Of a DNA stretch of 64,000 nt, positions 51,140-61,750 are shown in pieces (position 1 is the first letter of the stretch; every line of letters starts with the position of its first letter). Below the pieces are notes generated by a model, which saw nothing but the letters and a program-made list of their open reading frames with translations, was not told where the DNA came from and did not search any database. The position numbers and the translations under genes are program-made. Origin of the DNA: Thiohalomonadales bacterium (GTDB taxonomy: Bacteria; Pseudomonadota; Gammaproteobacteria; RBG-16-57-12); the NCBI GenBank assembly GCA_050295955.1, contig JBNKQQ010000024.1, forward strand, positions 13,225 through 77,224, given 5' to 3'.

Positions 51140-52585
51140 TTATTTTTGTGTCCGAATCCGTTCCACAATACTACTGGTAGAACACCCATCTGCAAAGTGT
51201 AGCACCTTAACCTCACCACCGTTGTCCTGTACACATTGATGGCCAGCGATCTCTTCCACCTTGTAATCGCCCCCTTTCACCAACACATCGGGCAGCAGGT
51301 GACAAATCAGCCGTTCAGGGGTCTCTTCGGAGAATGGCACCACCCAATCCACGCTGCGTAGCGCAGCCAGTACTGTCATTCTTTGTTCCAGGGGAACGAT
51401 GGGACGGGAATCCCCCTTAAGACCACGTACTGATTCATCGCTATTTACCGCGACAATCAGACGATCCCCCAAGGCTTTGGCCTTTTCCAGATAGGAGACA
51501 TGACCGGCATGCAGCAAGTCAAAACAGCCATTCGTCATCACGATACGCTCGCCCAGATCTTTGGCTCGCTGCACCACATGGCTAAGGCTCTCCTCATCCA
51601 GCATCCCTGTTTCAATAGTGGATTCAGTCTGGTGATCAGCAAGAATCGCTTCTCGCAATTCCGCCACACTGACGGTCGCAGTACCCAGCTTACCCACGAC
51701 AATCCCCGCTGCCAGATTGGCCAGCGCGGTCGCCTCTGCCAAGGGCTGTCCTGCTGCCAAAGCTGCGGCCAAAGTAGAGATGACGGTGTCACCTGCACCG
51801 GTCACGTCATACACCTCACGGGCCAGTGTAGGCAGGTGGAGAGGATCGTGTCCCTTATGTAGTAGGGTCATCCCTTTTTCGCTACGAGTAATTAACAGGG
51901 CCTGCAGTTGCAGCTCATCTCGCAACGCCTCCCCTTTACTTACCAGAACTTCATCGCTATCGCAGTGGCCCACTACCGCCTCGAATTCTGAAAGATTTGG
52001 GGTCAACAATGTGGCACCCCGATACTTTCGCATATCCGTTCCCTTGGGATCGATCAGCACCGGCTTTCCTGCTTTATTGGCTGCCTGAATCAGAGGTTGT
52101 ACGTGGGCCAGGGTGCCTTTTGCATAATCAGACAGTACCACGACGTTACAATCTGCTAAACCTTCGTCAAAGCGCTTGAGTAGGGAATCATCAACCAGGC
52201 TGTGTAGCGGCTCCTCAAAGTCGAGACGCAGTAGCTGCTGGTGACGGCTCAATACCCGCAGTTTGGTAATAGTCTGCACACTCTCTGAAAGCACAAAGCG
52301 ACATGTCACGCCTGCCTCAGTCAGCTGCTCCTGCATAATCCGGCCAGACTCATCATTGCCAGCTAATCCATCAACAGCAGCCCGAGCCCCCAAAGCCGCA
52401 ATATTAATCGCCACGTTACCAGCACCACCCGCTCTGGCCTGTAGTTCACTGTTTTTCACATTCACTACCGGCACTGGCGCTTCTGGGGAAATGCGTGACG
52501 TCGACCCTTGCCAGTATCGATCCAACATCAAGTCACCGGTTACCAATACTGACGCATTCTCAAAATGGGGAATGTGGAGTTTCAT
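51140..52585 (-). CDS. hldE: Bifunctional heptose-7-phosphate kinase / heptose-1-phosphate adenylyltransferase
   Basis: [41 protein letters not shown]. Confidence 0.98.
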   Translation of the reverse strand: MKLHIPHFENASVLVTGDLMLDRYWQGSTSRISPEAPVPVVNVKNSELQARAGGAGNVAINIAALGARAAVDGLAGNDESGRIMQEQLTEAGVTCRFVLSESVQTITKLRVLSRHQQLLRLDFEEPLHSLVDDSLLKRFDEGLADCNVVVLSDYAKGTLAHVQPLIQAANKAGKPVLIDPKGTDMRKYRGATLLTPNLSEFEAVVGHCDSDEVLVSKGEALRDELQLQALLITRSEKGMTLLHKGHDPLHLPTLAREVYDVTGAGDTVISTLAAALAAGQPLAEATALANLAAGIVVGKLGTATVSVAELREAILADHQTESTIETGMLDEESLSHVVQRAKDLGERIVMTNGCFDLLHAGHVSYLEKAKALGDRLIVAVNSDESVRGLKGDSRPIVPLEQRMTVLAALRSVDWVVPFSEETPERLICHLLPDVLVKGGDYKVEEIAGHQCVQDNGGEVKVLHFADGCSTSSIVERIRTQK

Positions 52586-53146
52586 CTAAATCATCTGCTC
52601 AAAAGGTTCACAGAACATGTGGAGTAGCAGGATATGCATCTCCTGAATACGCGCGGTACGAGATACATTAATGGTCAATGCTACATCAACCATCGATTTG
52701 AGTTGGCCACCATCTTTACCCAGTAGGGCGATGGTTTTAATTCCCGCACATTTAGCTTGATCCACCGCTTTGATCACATTGGCTGAATTACCGGAAGTGC
52801 TCAAACCAATCAATAGATCCCCTTCCCGGCCCAGTGCAGAGAGCTGACGGGAAAAGACATAATCAAAACCGTAATCATTACCGATAGAGGTGAGAGCAGA
52901 GCAATCGGTGGTCAATGCCACAGCCGCATAACCTTGGCGGTCCTTTTCAAAACGCCCGGTCAACTCTGCAGCAAAGTGCTGGGCATCTGAGGCAGATCCG
53001 CCGTTACCGCAGACATAGACGGTGTTCCCAGCTGCCAGTGTTTGCTCTAGCAGCGCGATGGCCTGCTGTATGGTATCTTGCATCCGCTCTACACAGGCCA
53101 ATGCTTCACGGTGTTCGCCAATCAGCGATGGGATATCGATCGCCAT
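52586..53146 (-). CDS. gmhA: D-sedoheptulose-7-phosphate isomerase
   Basis: CGNGGSASDAQHFAAE, NDYGF, STSGNS, RIQEMH; start probably ATG 53146. Confidence 0.95.
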   Translation of the reverse strand: MAIDIPSLIGEHREALACVERMQDTIQQAIALLEQTLAAGNTVYVCGNGGSASDAQHFAAELTGRFEKDRQGYAAVALTTDCSALTSIGNDYGFDYVFSRQLSALGREGDLLIGLSTSGNSANVIKAVDQAKCAGIKTIALLGKDGGQLKSMVDVALTINVSRTARIQEMHILLLHMFCEPFEQMI

Positions 53147-53228
53147 GCAATTATCCACTACTCATTAAACTGGGTGGTATACTACCACAACTGTCACTTA
53201 ACAAGCTGTTAGAACTGCAAAAGATCCT

Positions 53229-54158
53229 GTGAACAAATCCAGTCATTCCAATCGTCCCCCCATACACCCTAAATATTGGCCAATATGGCTGGGGCTTGCA
53301 CTATTACGTCTACTCACCCTACTGCCATTTTCCCTGCAATTAAAGCTGGGTGGCTTGCTTGGCACGCTGATGTACCACGTTGGCAAATCCCGCCGCCAAG
53401 TCGCCGCTACCAATCTGAAACTCTGTTTTCCTGAACTCACGGACTCAGAAAGGGGGAGCCTTCTCAAAGAGCACTTTACCTCCATGGGCATCATGGTATT
53501 CGAACTGGGGCTTAGCTGGTGGGCCAGTAATGCGCGCCTGGCACGATTGACAGAGATTGAAGGAATGGAACACCTGGAGAAGGCAATCGAAAAGGGCCGT
53601 GGTGCATTGCTGCTGGGCGCACACTACACCACGCTGGATATCAGTGGCCATCTCCTGGCGACACAAACTGATCTGCCTATTCGCAGTATGTACCGTCCTC
53701 ATGAAAATCCGGTGATTGAATATGTCATGCGACGTGGACGTGAAAGCTATCTGGACAGTCTGATTTCCCGTGATGATATTCGTGGACTGATTCGTACCCT
53801 TAAAGAGAACAAAATCGTTTGGTATGCACCGGATCAGCAGTATGAAGGTAAAGGTTCCGCGTTAGTCCCCTTCTTTGGTGTAGAGGCTCCCACCAATACT
53901 GGCACTTCGCGAATTGCCAAGCTGAGCAAAACAGCAGTCATCCCCTTTGTATCCATCCGCAAATCCGATGGCAGTGGATACAAGCTAACGCTGTTACCGC
54001 CCTTGGAAGATTTCCCGACGGATGATGAAGTTGCCGATACGACTCGGATACACCAGATTTTTGAAGCGCAGATCCGTCGCAACAAAGCGCAATATTTCTG
54101 GGTTCATAAGCGCTTTAAACGCAAATGGATTGGTGGTTCCGATCCTTACCAGGACTAG
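53229..54158 (+). CDS. lpxL: Lipid A late acyltransferase (LpxL/HtrB family)
   Basis: HPKYWPIW, AHYTTLD, WYAPDQ, VPFFG, QYFWVHKRFK. Confidence 0.92.
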   Translation: MNKSSHSNRPPIHPKYWPIWLGLALLRLLTLLPFSLQLKLGGLLGTLMYHVGKSRRQVAATNLKLCFPELTDSERGSLLKEHFTSMGIMVFELGLSWWASNARLARLTEIEGMEHLEKAIEKGRGALLLGAHYTTLDISGHLLATQTDLPIRSMYRPHENPVIEYVMRRGRESYLDSLISRDDIRGLIRTLKENKIVWYAPDQQYEGKGSALVPFFGVEAPTNTGTSRIAKLSKTAVIPFVSIRKSDGSGYKLTLLPPLEDFPTDDEVADTTRIHQIFEAQIRRNKAQYFWVHKRFKRKWIGGSDPYQD

Positions 54159-55219
54159 CCTGCTAACTGTCGATAGAGATCCTGATACTGTGACACGATT
54201 GCCTGCTTGGTAAAGTGGGCATTCACCTTGGCATAGCCAGCCTCCGCCAGTGCCTGACGATACGCCTCATCGGCTAAACAACGTTGCAAGGCATTCGCCA
54301 TCGCTTTTGTGTCATCGATAGGTACCAAGAGACCATCCTGACCATCCGTGATCAGCTCTACCCCGCCCATTGTCGCGGTGGATACCACTGGTTTTCGGTA
54401 TGCCCATCCTTCCAGAATCACATTCCCCAATGGCTCTTCCCGGGAAGGACAGACAAACAGATCTGCCATATTAAAATAACCGCTGGCATCGGTCTGCCAT
54501 CCCGCCCAATGGATACGATCACCACAATCCAATGCGGCCGCCTGCTGTTTCCATGCCTCCGCCATTGGGCCATCACCCGCGATGACCAAATGAACCGGCC
54601 TTCCCTGAAGCTCACTTGGTAACTGTGCCAATGCCTGTACAAGGGTATCAAATCCCTTTTTCTGTACTAGACGCCCCAGCGCGAATATCACCAATGCCTC
54701 CTCAGGAATACCATAAGTCAGACGCAGTTGTTTGATATCTACCTCTTCGGATGGGCGTGTATCACCCACAAAATTACCAATATAAAAGACCTTATCCGCA
54801 GGCAGGCCACCCGCTATCAGGAAATCACATATCCCTTTGGTATTGCCGATCCAGGCATGGGCGTGGCGAAAACGCTTGATATTGTAAAAACCACCAAGGC
54901 GTGCAATGTGCACCGGCCCTTTCTCTATAGGAATATGGGTTAATACGGTAGCTCGCGTCATATAGGTCTGAACGATATCAGGTTGCTCCCGTTTTATCGT
55001 CTTATTAATCGCCATACGCGAGAAGAGATCCCACTGACTACTCATCTTGGCATGATACTGAGGAATAATGCCGTGCAACTCCCTGGCCACCAGACTATTT
55101 GGACGATTGATAGCAATGGTCTGCTCCCCAGCCTCCTGCAATCCCCGTATCAGACGCATATAGAAACTCTCAGCACCACCTAGTAGGCGACTACCGATTA
55201 TGTGCAGCGATTTACTCAT
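54155..55219 (-). CDS. GT4 family glycosyltransferase
   Basis: GGAE, GRLVQKKG, EPLGNVILE (EX7E). Confidence 0.92.
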   Translation of the reverse strand: MSKSLHIIGSRLLGGAESFYMRLIRGLQEAGEQTIAINRPNSLVARELHGIIPQYHAKMSSQWDLFSRMAINKTIKREQPDIVQTYMTRATVLTHIPIEKGPVHIARLGGFYNIKRFRHAHAWIGNTKGICDFLIAGGLPADKVFYIGNFVGDTRPSEEVDIKQLRLTYGIPEEALVIFALGRLVQKKGFDTLVQALAQLPSELQGRPVHLVIAGDGPMAEAWKQQAAALDCGDRIHWAGWQTDASGYFNMADLFVCPSREEPLGNVILEGWAYRKPVVSTATMGGVELITDGQDGLLVPIDDTKAMANALQRCLADEAYRQALAEAGYAKVNAHFTKQAIVSQYQDLYRQLAG

Positions 55220-55292
55220 CTCAATTCCTAAAGTCTGTGGAGGTTTTGCTTAACCGATCTTTAAGCTTAATTTAAAGCATCACCGGGAGATC

Positions 55293-57110
55293 TTAAACGA
55301 TATAGGCCACTGGATCGCAGGCCGCCTCCGGCATAGATCCATCCCCTTCAATAAACAAACTATACCAAATAGCAAATTGCCACAGTCGCCACAATGGCTG
55401 AGTCACGTCGCCTTTTTCTCGCTGACGCACAAACAACTGCCGGATACCTGCAGGGTTAAACCACTCTTTAATTCCAGGATGCTCTGGCAAACATTGCTCC
55501 AAAGGGGTCAACAAAGGCCCGGTTAACCAATCGCGGACCGGTACGCTGAACCCTTGTTTCTTACTCCAAAGATGTTCCTTGGGCAGATATTGCTCTGCCC
55601 AGCGGCGTAAAAAGGCTTTGCCACTCTTCCCCTGCACCTTTAATTCAGGTGGTAACGCCAGACCAAATTCCACAATTTGGTGATCAAGGAAAGGGACACG
55701 CCCCTCTACTCCCCAAGCCATCAGCATACGGTCAGCTTTCACCAATAGATCGTCAGCTAACCAACTCTGTATATCGACGGCCTGCATCCGCGACATCCGC
55801 GGCCACTCACTTGGCAGACTCTGCCAACTATCGATAAAGGGCCGTGACCAAGCATCCCGCTGGTCCAATAATGCAGGTCCAAATAAGGCTTTCTCCCAAG
55901 GCGACTTGAAGGTTTTACTCATACGAAAACCACCCGAGCCAGGATAACGCAGCTGCTTGATGATGCGCTTCGGCGCCGGCATGCGGTAACGCGCATAACC
56001 CGCAAAGACCTCATCTCCCCCCTCGCCGGAAAAGACCACCTTAAGATCCTGCGCCGCACGTTGCGCTAACAATGAGACCGGTAAGTTGGCATAGTCCCCC
56101 ATCAATTCATCTGCCGCCCAGATGGCATGAGGAAGCGCCTGTAACAAATCCTGCTCATGCAGTTCCAGTACGGTGTGCCGGGTATTGAAACGCTTGGCAA
56201 TTTCGCCAGCAGCATTCAATTCATTGGCAACACTTGTCCCAGGAAAACCAACAGAGTAGGTAGAGATCGGTCCATCCGCGTATCGATCCAGCATCGCCAA
56301 CAAGACAGCAGAGTCCACACCACCAGAGAGAAACAGGCCAAACGGCACATCAGAACGCAGGTGAATCTTCATCACCTCATCCATCAGATAGTCAAACTGC
56401 TGCTGTAACTCGCCCTCACTGCCCTGGATGGGAGTCACATGATTGGGCTTCCAGTATTGCCAGCGCCTAACAATCTCCCCCTTCTCGATGAGAATCGCCT
56501 CGCCCGGCAATACGCGATCAACACCTTGTAGCAGAGTCGTTTGCTGTGAACTGAAATTGTTTTGCAGATACTGTACCAATCCAGCAGGGTTAATAGGTGG
56601 GCGCTTACCGCTGATTGCCGACAACCCTTTTAACTCAGAGGCGAAAAAAACACCTCTCTCATCTTGCTGTAAGAATAAGGGTTTGATGCCCAATCGATCA
56701 CGGGCAATCAGTAGTCTCTCTCTCTTGCGATCATAGAGTGCAAAGGCATACATCCCCTTCAACTGCTGTAGAAAATCCTCACCATAATGTTGGTAAGCAG
56801 CCAAGATCGGTTCACAATCAGAGTGAGTGCGGAAGTGGTAACCCTGATTTACGAGGGAGGCTTTCAATTCCAGGTAGTTGTAGACCTCACAATTTGCCAC
56901 CAAACAGAGGTTCTCGTCTTCGCTAAAAAGTGGCTGCGCGCCCCCTTCCAGATCGATAATTGAGAGCCGGACATGAGTTAGCCCAACCTGGCCTTCTTGG
57001 AAAAACCCCTGTCCATCCGGGCCTCGATGCGCTATCGCCTTAGCCGCAGACGCCAGCACATTCCGATCCACTTCACCCTGGCGAAGAAAAGCCCCGGCAA
57101 TTCCACACAT
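55293..57110 (-). CDS. asnB: Asparagine synthase-like class II glutamine amidotransferase
   Basis: N-terminal MCGI, HRGPDG, RLSIID, RDRLGIKPL, LSGGVDS, SGEGGDEVFAGY; embedded among glycosyltransferase genes. Confidence 0.92.
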   Translation of the reverse strand: MCGIAGAFLRQGEVDRNVLASAAKAIAHRGPDGQGFFQEGQVGLTHVRLSIIDLEGGAQPLFSEDENLCLVANCEVYNYLELKASLVNQGYHFRTHSDCEPILAAYQHYGEDFLQQLKGMYAFALYDRKRERLLIARDRLGIKPLFLQQDERGVFFASELKGLSAISGKRPPINPAGLVQYLQNNFSSQQTTLLQGVDRVLPGEAILIEKGEIVRRWQYWKPNHVTPIQGSEGELQQQFDYLMDEVMKIHLRSDVPFGLFLSGGVDSAVLLAMLDRYADGPISTYSVGFPGTSVANELNAAGEIAKRFNTRHTVLELHEQDLLQALPHAIWAADELMGDYANLPVSLLAQRAAQDLKVVFSGEGGDEVFAGYARYRMPAPKRIIKQLRYPGSGGFRMSKTFKSPWEKALFGPALLDQRDAWSRPFIDSWQSLPSEWPRMSRMQAVDIQSWLADDLLVKADRMLMAWGVEGRVPFLDHQIVEFGLALPPELKVQGKSGKAFLRRWAEQYLPKEHLWSKKQGFSVPVRDWLTGPLLTPLEQCLPEHPGIKEWFNPAGIRQLFVRQREKGDVTQPLWRLWQFAIWYSLFIEGDGSMPEAACDPVAYIV

Positions 57111-57121
57111 CAACGCACCTC

Positions 57122-58204
57122 CTAAAGAGATTGGTAAACCTGAAAATTCCCTTCGACCATTGCCTCGATAGAAAACTCATTTCTGGCAATGGTCTTTCCA
57201 GCTATTCCCCACGCTTTGGCCTGTTGATCATCCGCCAGCAGGCGCAACAGGGCATCACGTAATTGAGGGACATTTTGTGGATCGATTAAGATACCGTTCT
57301 GACCATCCCGAACAATCTCGGGAATACCGCCTGCACGCGTGCCAATCAATGGCACACCTGCAGCGGCAGCCTGCAATAAAGAGACGCCTAATCCTTCCAT
57401 GTCTGCTGGATGCACAACGGCATGAAGGTTTGCCATCACCCGATAGAGATCATCGCGAAAACCAATCAGTCGAACATGCTCAGACAATCCCTGCTGCACG
57501 ATCTGTTGCTGCAGTTCCTCTTCCTTGGGACCTTTACCAAACAGCAGCACTTGAATATCCGGGTGTTGCGCAATCACCTCTGGCAGTGCGGCAAACAGGT
57601 GACGATGCCCCTTACGATGGATCAGCTGTGCGATCACTCCAAGTACACGACTCCCCTCCGGCAATCCAAACTCCTGGTAGAACCATTCAGGTTCAGGCTT
57701 GCGATCAAAGCGCTCCACATCCACCGCGCTGTGTACACAACGCACCTTCTCAGCAGGCACTCCTTCACTCAAGAGCACCTCGCGAATACCATTGGAGATC
57801 GTCACCACTTGATCAAACAGCCGATACTTTAACTTAGCAATAAAGGGCGATTCTGGATTATCCACTCGCCGGGAGCAGACACACTTTACCCCAGCCCATT
57901 TGCCGGCAATCCCCCCCAGCACATCAGCACCGCGACGACTGTGCAGGTGGAGGACATCAGGCTGCTCCTCTTTCAGCACCCATTTGAGGCGCTTGATAAA
58001 GCCTATATCCAGATCCCCATACATAGGCATCTCGTACACTTTATCCACCACATGGCGTGCAGCATCAGCAATAGCACTCCCTTGTGGACAAACCAACACA
58101 CTGCGCACTGGCTTGTTTTGTAATCCACGCAATAGGTAAAAAACTTGTAGTGCGCCACCATAGAGATGCATACCGGCCTCCACATGGACAACGGTCATGC
58201 TCAT
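57122..58204 (-). CDS. GT4 family glycosyltransferase
   Basis: YGGALQ, HRKGH, EGLGVSLLQA, GGIPEIV. Confidence 0.92.
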   Translation of the reverse strand: MSMTVVHVEAGMHLYGGALQVFYLLRGLQNKPVRSVLVCPQGSAIADAARHVVDKVYEMPMYGDLDIGFIKRLKWVLKEEQPDVLHLHSRRGADVLGGIAGKWAGVKCVCSRRVDNPESPFIAKLKYRLFDQVVTISNGIREVLLSEGVPAEKVRCVHSAVDVERFDRKPEPEWFYQEFGLPEGSRVLGVIAQLIHRKGHRHLFAALPEVIAQHPDIQVLLFGKGPKEEELQQQIVQQGLSEHVRLIGFRDDLYRVMANLHAVVHPADMEGLGVSLLQAAAAGVPLIGTRAGGIPEIVRDGQNGILIDPQNVPQLRDALLRLLADDQQAKAWGIAGKTIARNEFSIEAMVEGNFQVYQSL

Positions 58205-59226
58205 GACAATACCTCGGCACTGTTCTGCATGATCTCCTCGATGGTCAGTCGCTTCATACAGGTGAAGTCGCCATCACAGCTGGGGCTGCGCCGGCAAGGA
58301 GAGCAATCCATTTTATGGTAGAGCACACGGGCATTCTGTCGGGTGGTATCACTATAAGGGCAGGTAGAACCGAATAGTGCCAGGGTCGGTACATTGAAAG
58401 CAATTCCCATGTGAGTCAGCCCGGTGTCCACGCCTATCAAGAGGGAACCATATTTGATCACCGCCGCGGTTTGAGTCAGGGAGGATTTTCCAGCCAAGTT
58501 GATAATTTGGGGATTGGCCTGCTGAATGCGAGCCGCCGCCTCCACATCACCCGGACCACCCAGCATCATCACCGGCATGCCATGCTGCTGCATAATCTGC
58601 TCAGCCAGCACCGGCCAGCGCTCCTCCACCCAATGCTTTTGGGGACGGGTGGTAAAGGGACAGATCACCGCATAACGTCCAGGCTCTGCCAGCTCACGAC
58701 CGTAAGCCTCATCGGCCTCGCTTAGGGCAATATCCATCTCGAAATGACTCACATCCAGCCCTAACGCCTCAGCGAGATGGTAATACTCCGAACCAATACG
58801 AGGACTATCCCCCTGGCGGGAGATCATCGCCGTCATGAAGCGGGCACTCCCCTCTTTTGACCCCAGGCCAATACGCTCAGGCGCACCAGACCAATTTGCC
58901 CAGACACCGCTTTTAAGCAACCCTTGCAGATCAATGGCCACATCGAAACGCTTATCCCGCAGGCGTTTGCGTAGCTGTCGCACCTCACGCCAAAGGGTAA
59001 AAAACTGACGCTGTTTCCAGAGCTGTTTCCACTGAGCCTTGGGCCAGAGAATCACTTCGTCCAAATCAGGATTATTTTTGAGCAGTGGTGCGGCGGCAGG
59101 TTCTACCATCCAACTGATTTGTGCCTGGGGATAACGGCGGCGAAGCGCCTTAATCAAGGGAGAAGCAAACACCACATCGCCAATGGCGCTGAGGCGGATA
59201 ATCAGAATCTTTTTTGGTTCAGTCAT
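58201..59226 (-). CDS. GT9 family LPS heptosyltransferase
   Basis: IRLSAIGDV, DLQGLLKS, GVDTGLTH, LFGST, C-terminal CSPC...C...CM. Confidence 0.92.
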   Translation of the reverse strand: MTEPKKILIIRLSAIGDVVFASPLIKALRRRYPQAQISWMVEPAAAPLLKNNPDLDEVILWPKAQWKQLWKQRQFFTLWREVRQLRKRLRDKRFDVAIDLQGLLKSGVWANWSGAPERIGLGSKEGSARFMTAMISRQGDSPRIGSEYYHLAEALGLDVSHFEMDIALSEADEAYGRELAEPGRYAVICPFTTRPQKHWVEERWPVLAEQIMQQHGMPVMMLGGPGDVEAAARIQQANPQIINLAGKSSLTQTAAVIKYGSLLIGVDTGLTHMGIAFNVPTLALFGSTCPYSDTTRQNARVLYHKMDCSPCRRSPSCDGDFTCMKRLTIEEIMQNSAEVLS

Positions 59227-59363
59227 GGTCTATGCAGCAAAAAAAGTTAAGCAATTGTAACAGGCACCAAGGCAGAGTGGTAAACTCACATTAAGATAAT
59301 CCACCAACAACCTATAATTCCTTTATAATCAAATAAGAATTATCTCATGGATGCCATCGGGAC

Positions 59364-60317
59364 ATGCCTGAACGCATTGTAAAATCATTGATTCTTTCGG
59401 TCATTGCGGCGATCGTTCTCTACTTTGCGGCCATTATGGCCACCGGCTATGAGGAGATATTGGCCGCCTTTAACCGCCTGGACGCATTAGGTGTGTTGCT
59501 GATATTGGGCCTCTCCCTGGTCAATTACGGGCTACGCTTTATCCGCTGGCACTGGTTTGTCAATGCCCAGGGGCACCCCATTCCTGCTCTATTACACAGC
59601 AGCTACTATATCAGTGGCTTTGCCCTCACCACCACCCCAGGTAAAGTGGGCGAAGCGATCCGCTCCCGCTACCTGAAACGCCATGGCATGCCCTATAACC
59701 AAAGCTTCGCCACCTTTTTTATGGAACGTTTCCTCGATTTTTGCGCCATCGTGCTCTTGTCTGCCAGCGCCGTTCTACATTTCCAGGGCTATGAATCACT
59801 CATACTCCTCTCCCTTATCGCCATCGCCTTCGGCCTATGGTTTCTGAAAAGTGGCTTGGCCACCTTAATGCTGGACCATCTAAAGCAGCGTACCCAGCAA
59901 CCAAAGATCCATGATCTCGCCGAGAAGCTGCACCGTTTTCTCTTCTCAGCGGTTGAGCTTTTAAAAGGAAAATTTCTGCTAGGTGGTCTGACACTGGGCA
60001 TTATTGCCTGGGCTGCTGAAGGCATTGCCTTCTACTTTATCCTGCAATATCTAGGGATTGAGAGCAGTTTGTGGCTGGCAATAGGCATCTACTCCATTAG
60101 TGTAGTGGCTGGCGCCATCTCCTTTATTCCCGGTGGATTGGGCAGTACCGAAGCCGTAATGGGACTGCTGTTAATCGCGCTGGGAGCAGAGCCTGCCACC
60201 GCCGTAGCCGCCACAGTGATCTGCCGGGTTGCTACCCTATGGTTTGCTGTCGCTCTAGGCGCCATCACCATGAGCTGGCTGGAACTCAAGCACCCTGTAT
60301 CCCTGACTGAATCATGA
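59364..60317 (+). CDS. Lysylphosphatidylglycerol-synthase-TM (MprF flippase-like/UPF0104) membrane protein
   Basis: RFIRW, TPGKVGE, ERFLD, PGGLGSTE; multiple TM segments. Confidence 0.88.
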   Translation: MPERIVKSLILSVIAAIVLYFAAIMATGYEEILAAFNRLDALGVLLILGLSLVNYGLRFIRWHWFVNAQGHPIPALLHSSYYISGFALTTTPGKVGEAIRSRYLKRHGMPYNQSFATFFMERFLDFCAIVLLSASAVLHFQGYESLILLSLIAIAFGLWFLKSGLATLMLDHLKQRTQQPKIHDLAEKLHRFLFSAVELLKGKFLLGGLTLGIIAWAAEGIAFYFILQYLGIESSLWLAIGIYSISVVAGAISFIPGGLGSTEAVMGLLLIALGAEPATAVAATVICRVATLWFAVALGAITMSWLELKHPVSLTES

Positions 60318-61750
60318 ACTCGATGAATAACACCAACTCACTACCACTCTGCGTCGACCTGGACGGCACCCTGATTAAAACCGATCTGTTGATGGAATCA
60401 CTATTTGCCCTATTAAAAGATAATTTTCTATGGGCTTTCATGCTGCCCTTCTGGCTACTTGGCGGCAAAGCGAATCTAAAGCACCAGATTGCCAAGCGGG
60501 CTAACATCAATGTGGCCCTACTTCCCTACAACGAATCCTTCATTGATTACTTACAGGAACAGAAGAGCCTTGGACGAAAATTGATTCTAGCGACTGCCTC
60601 TAACCAGAAATATGCTCAACAAATTGCAGAACACCTGGGGCTATTTGAGCAAGTATTGGCGAGTAGTGAATCACACAATCTATCCGGTAAGAATAAACTA
60701 AATGCCTTGGTCTCACAGTTTGACGAACAGGGCTTTGTCTATGCGGGCAACGACACGCCTGATCTCAAAATATGGCCCCATGCTGCTGCCGCAGTTGTGG
60801 TCAACCCGCTAGGAAGGGTGGGTAGTAAAGCGCGAAAGAAACATACTATCGAAGCAGAGTTTATCGATCCAAAGCCAGGCTTAGCAGGCCTGATCAAGGC
60901 CCTTCGCTGCCATCAGTGGATGAAAAACATCCTGATCTTTGTGGCTGCGGTTACCGCCCATGTGGCTATCAACATAGATATCATCAGCAACCTACTGCTG
61001 GCGTTTTTTGCCTATTCACTCTGCGCCTCGGCCGTTTATCTCCTCAACGACATGTTAGATCTGGAGGATGATCGCAAACACCCCCGCAAACGTCATCGCC
61101 CCTTTGCTGCGGGTACCATGCCATTGATCCATGGCGCTTTCCTGCTACCAACGCTATTTGCCGGTAGTATGCTATTGGCATCACTGGTCTCGATAAATTT
61201 TCTCTGTGTCCTGCTAGGCTACTTTATACTCACCATGGCCTACTCATTGAAGTTGAAACGTATCATGCTACTGGATGCCATCTCACTGGCCTGCCTCTAT
61301 ACCCTGAGGGTTATTGCAGGAGCTGTAGCGATAGAGGTGACCCTCTCCTTCTGGCTACTGGCCTTCTCCATGTTCATCTTTCTTAGCCTCGCCTTCGTAA
61401 AACGCTCTACCGAAATTATGGAGGCATTAAAACAAAATAAAGAGAAGCTCAGTGGCCGTGGCTATCAAACCACTGATTTGGAGCATCTCAACACCATGGG
61501 CACCACCAGCGGTTACCTATCAATCTTGGTATTCGCCCTCTATATTAATAGCGAAGAGGTACTAACCAACTACCAATATCCAGAAGTATTATGGCTAATC
61601 TGCCCACTACTGCTCTATTGGATTAGCCGAGTCTGGTTGATTGCCGGACGGGGAGAGATGCATCATGACCCGGTTGTCTTCGCTCTCACTGATCGTATCA
61701 GTCTATTTACTGGAATGGTCCTGGGTCTGCTACTGGTGGTCGCGATTTAG
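60314..61750 (+). CDS. HAD-fused UbiA-family polyprenyl-phosphate phosphoribosyltransferase
   Basis: N-terminal VDLDGTL HAD domain; HQWMKN, YLLNDMLDLEDDRKHPRKRHRPFAAG, YSLKLKR, HHDPV. Confidence 0.9.
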   Translation: MNSMNNTNSLPLCVDLDGTLIKTDLLMESLFALLKDNFLWAFMLPFWLLGGKANLKHQIAKRANINVALLPYNESFIDYLQEQKSLGRKLILATASNQKYAQQIAEHLGLFEQVLASSESHNLSGKNKLNALVSQFDEQGFVYAGNDTPDLKIWPHAAAAVVVNPLGRVGSKARKKHTIEAEFIDPKPGLAGLIKALRCHQWMKNILIFVAAVTAHVAINIDIISNLLLAFFAYSLCASAVYLLNDMLDLEDDRKHPRKRHRPFAAGTMPLIHGAFLLPTLFAGSMLLASLVSINFLCVLLGYFILTMAYSLKLKRIMLLDAISLACLYTLRVIAGAVAIEVTLSFWLLAFSMFIFLSLAFVKRSTEIMEALKQNKEKLSGRGYQTTDLEHLNTMGTTSGYLSILVFALYINSEEVLTNYQYPEVLWLICPLLLYWISRVWLIAGRGEMHHDPVVFALTDRISLFTGMVLGLLLVVAI

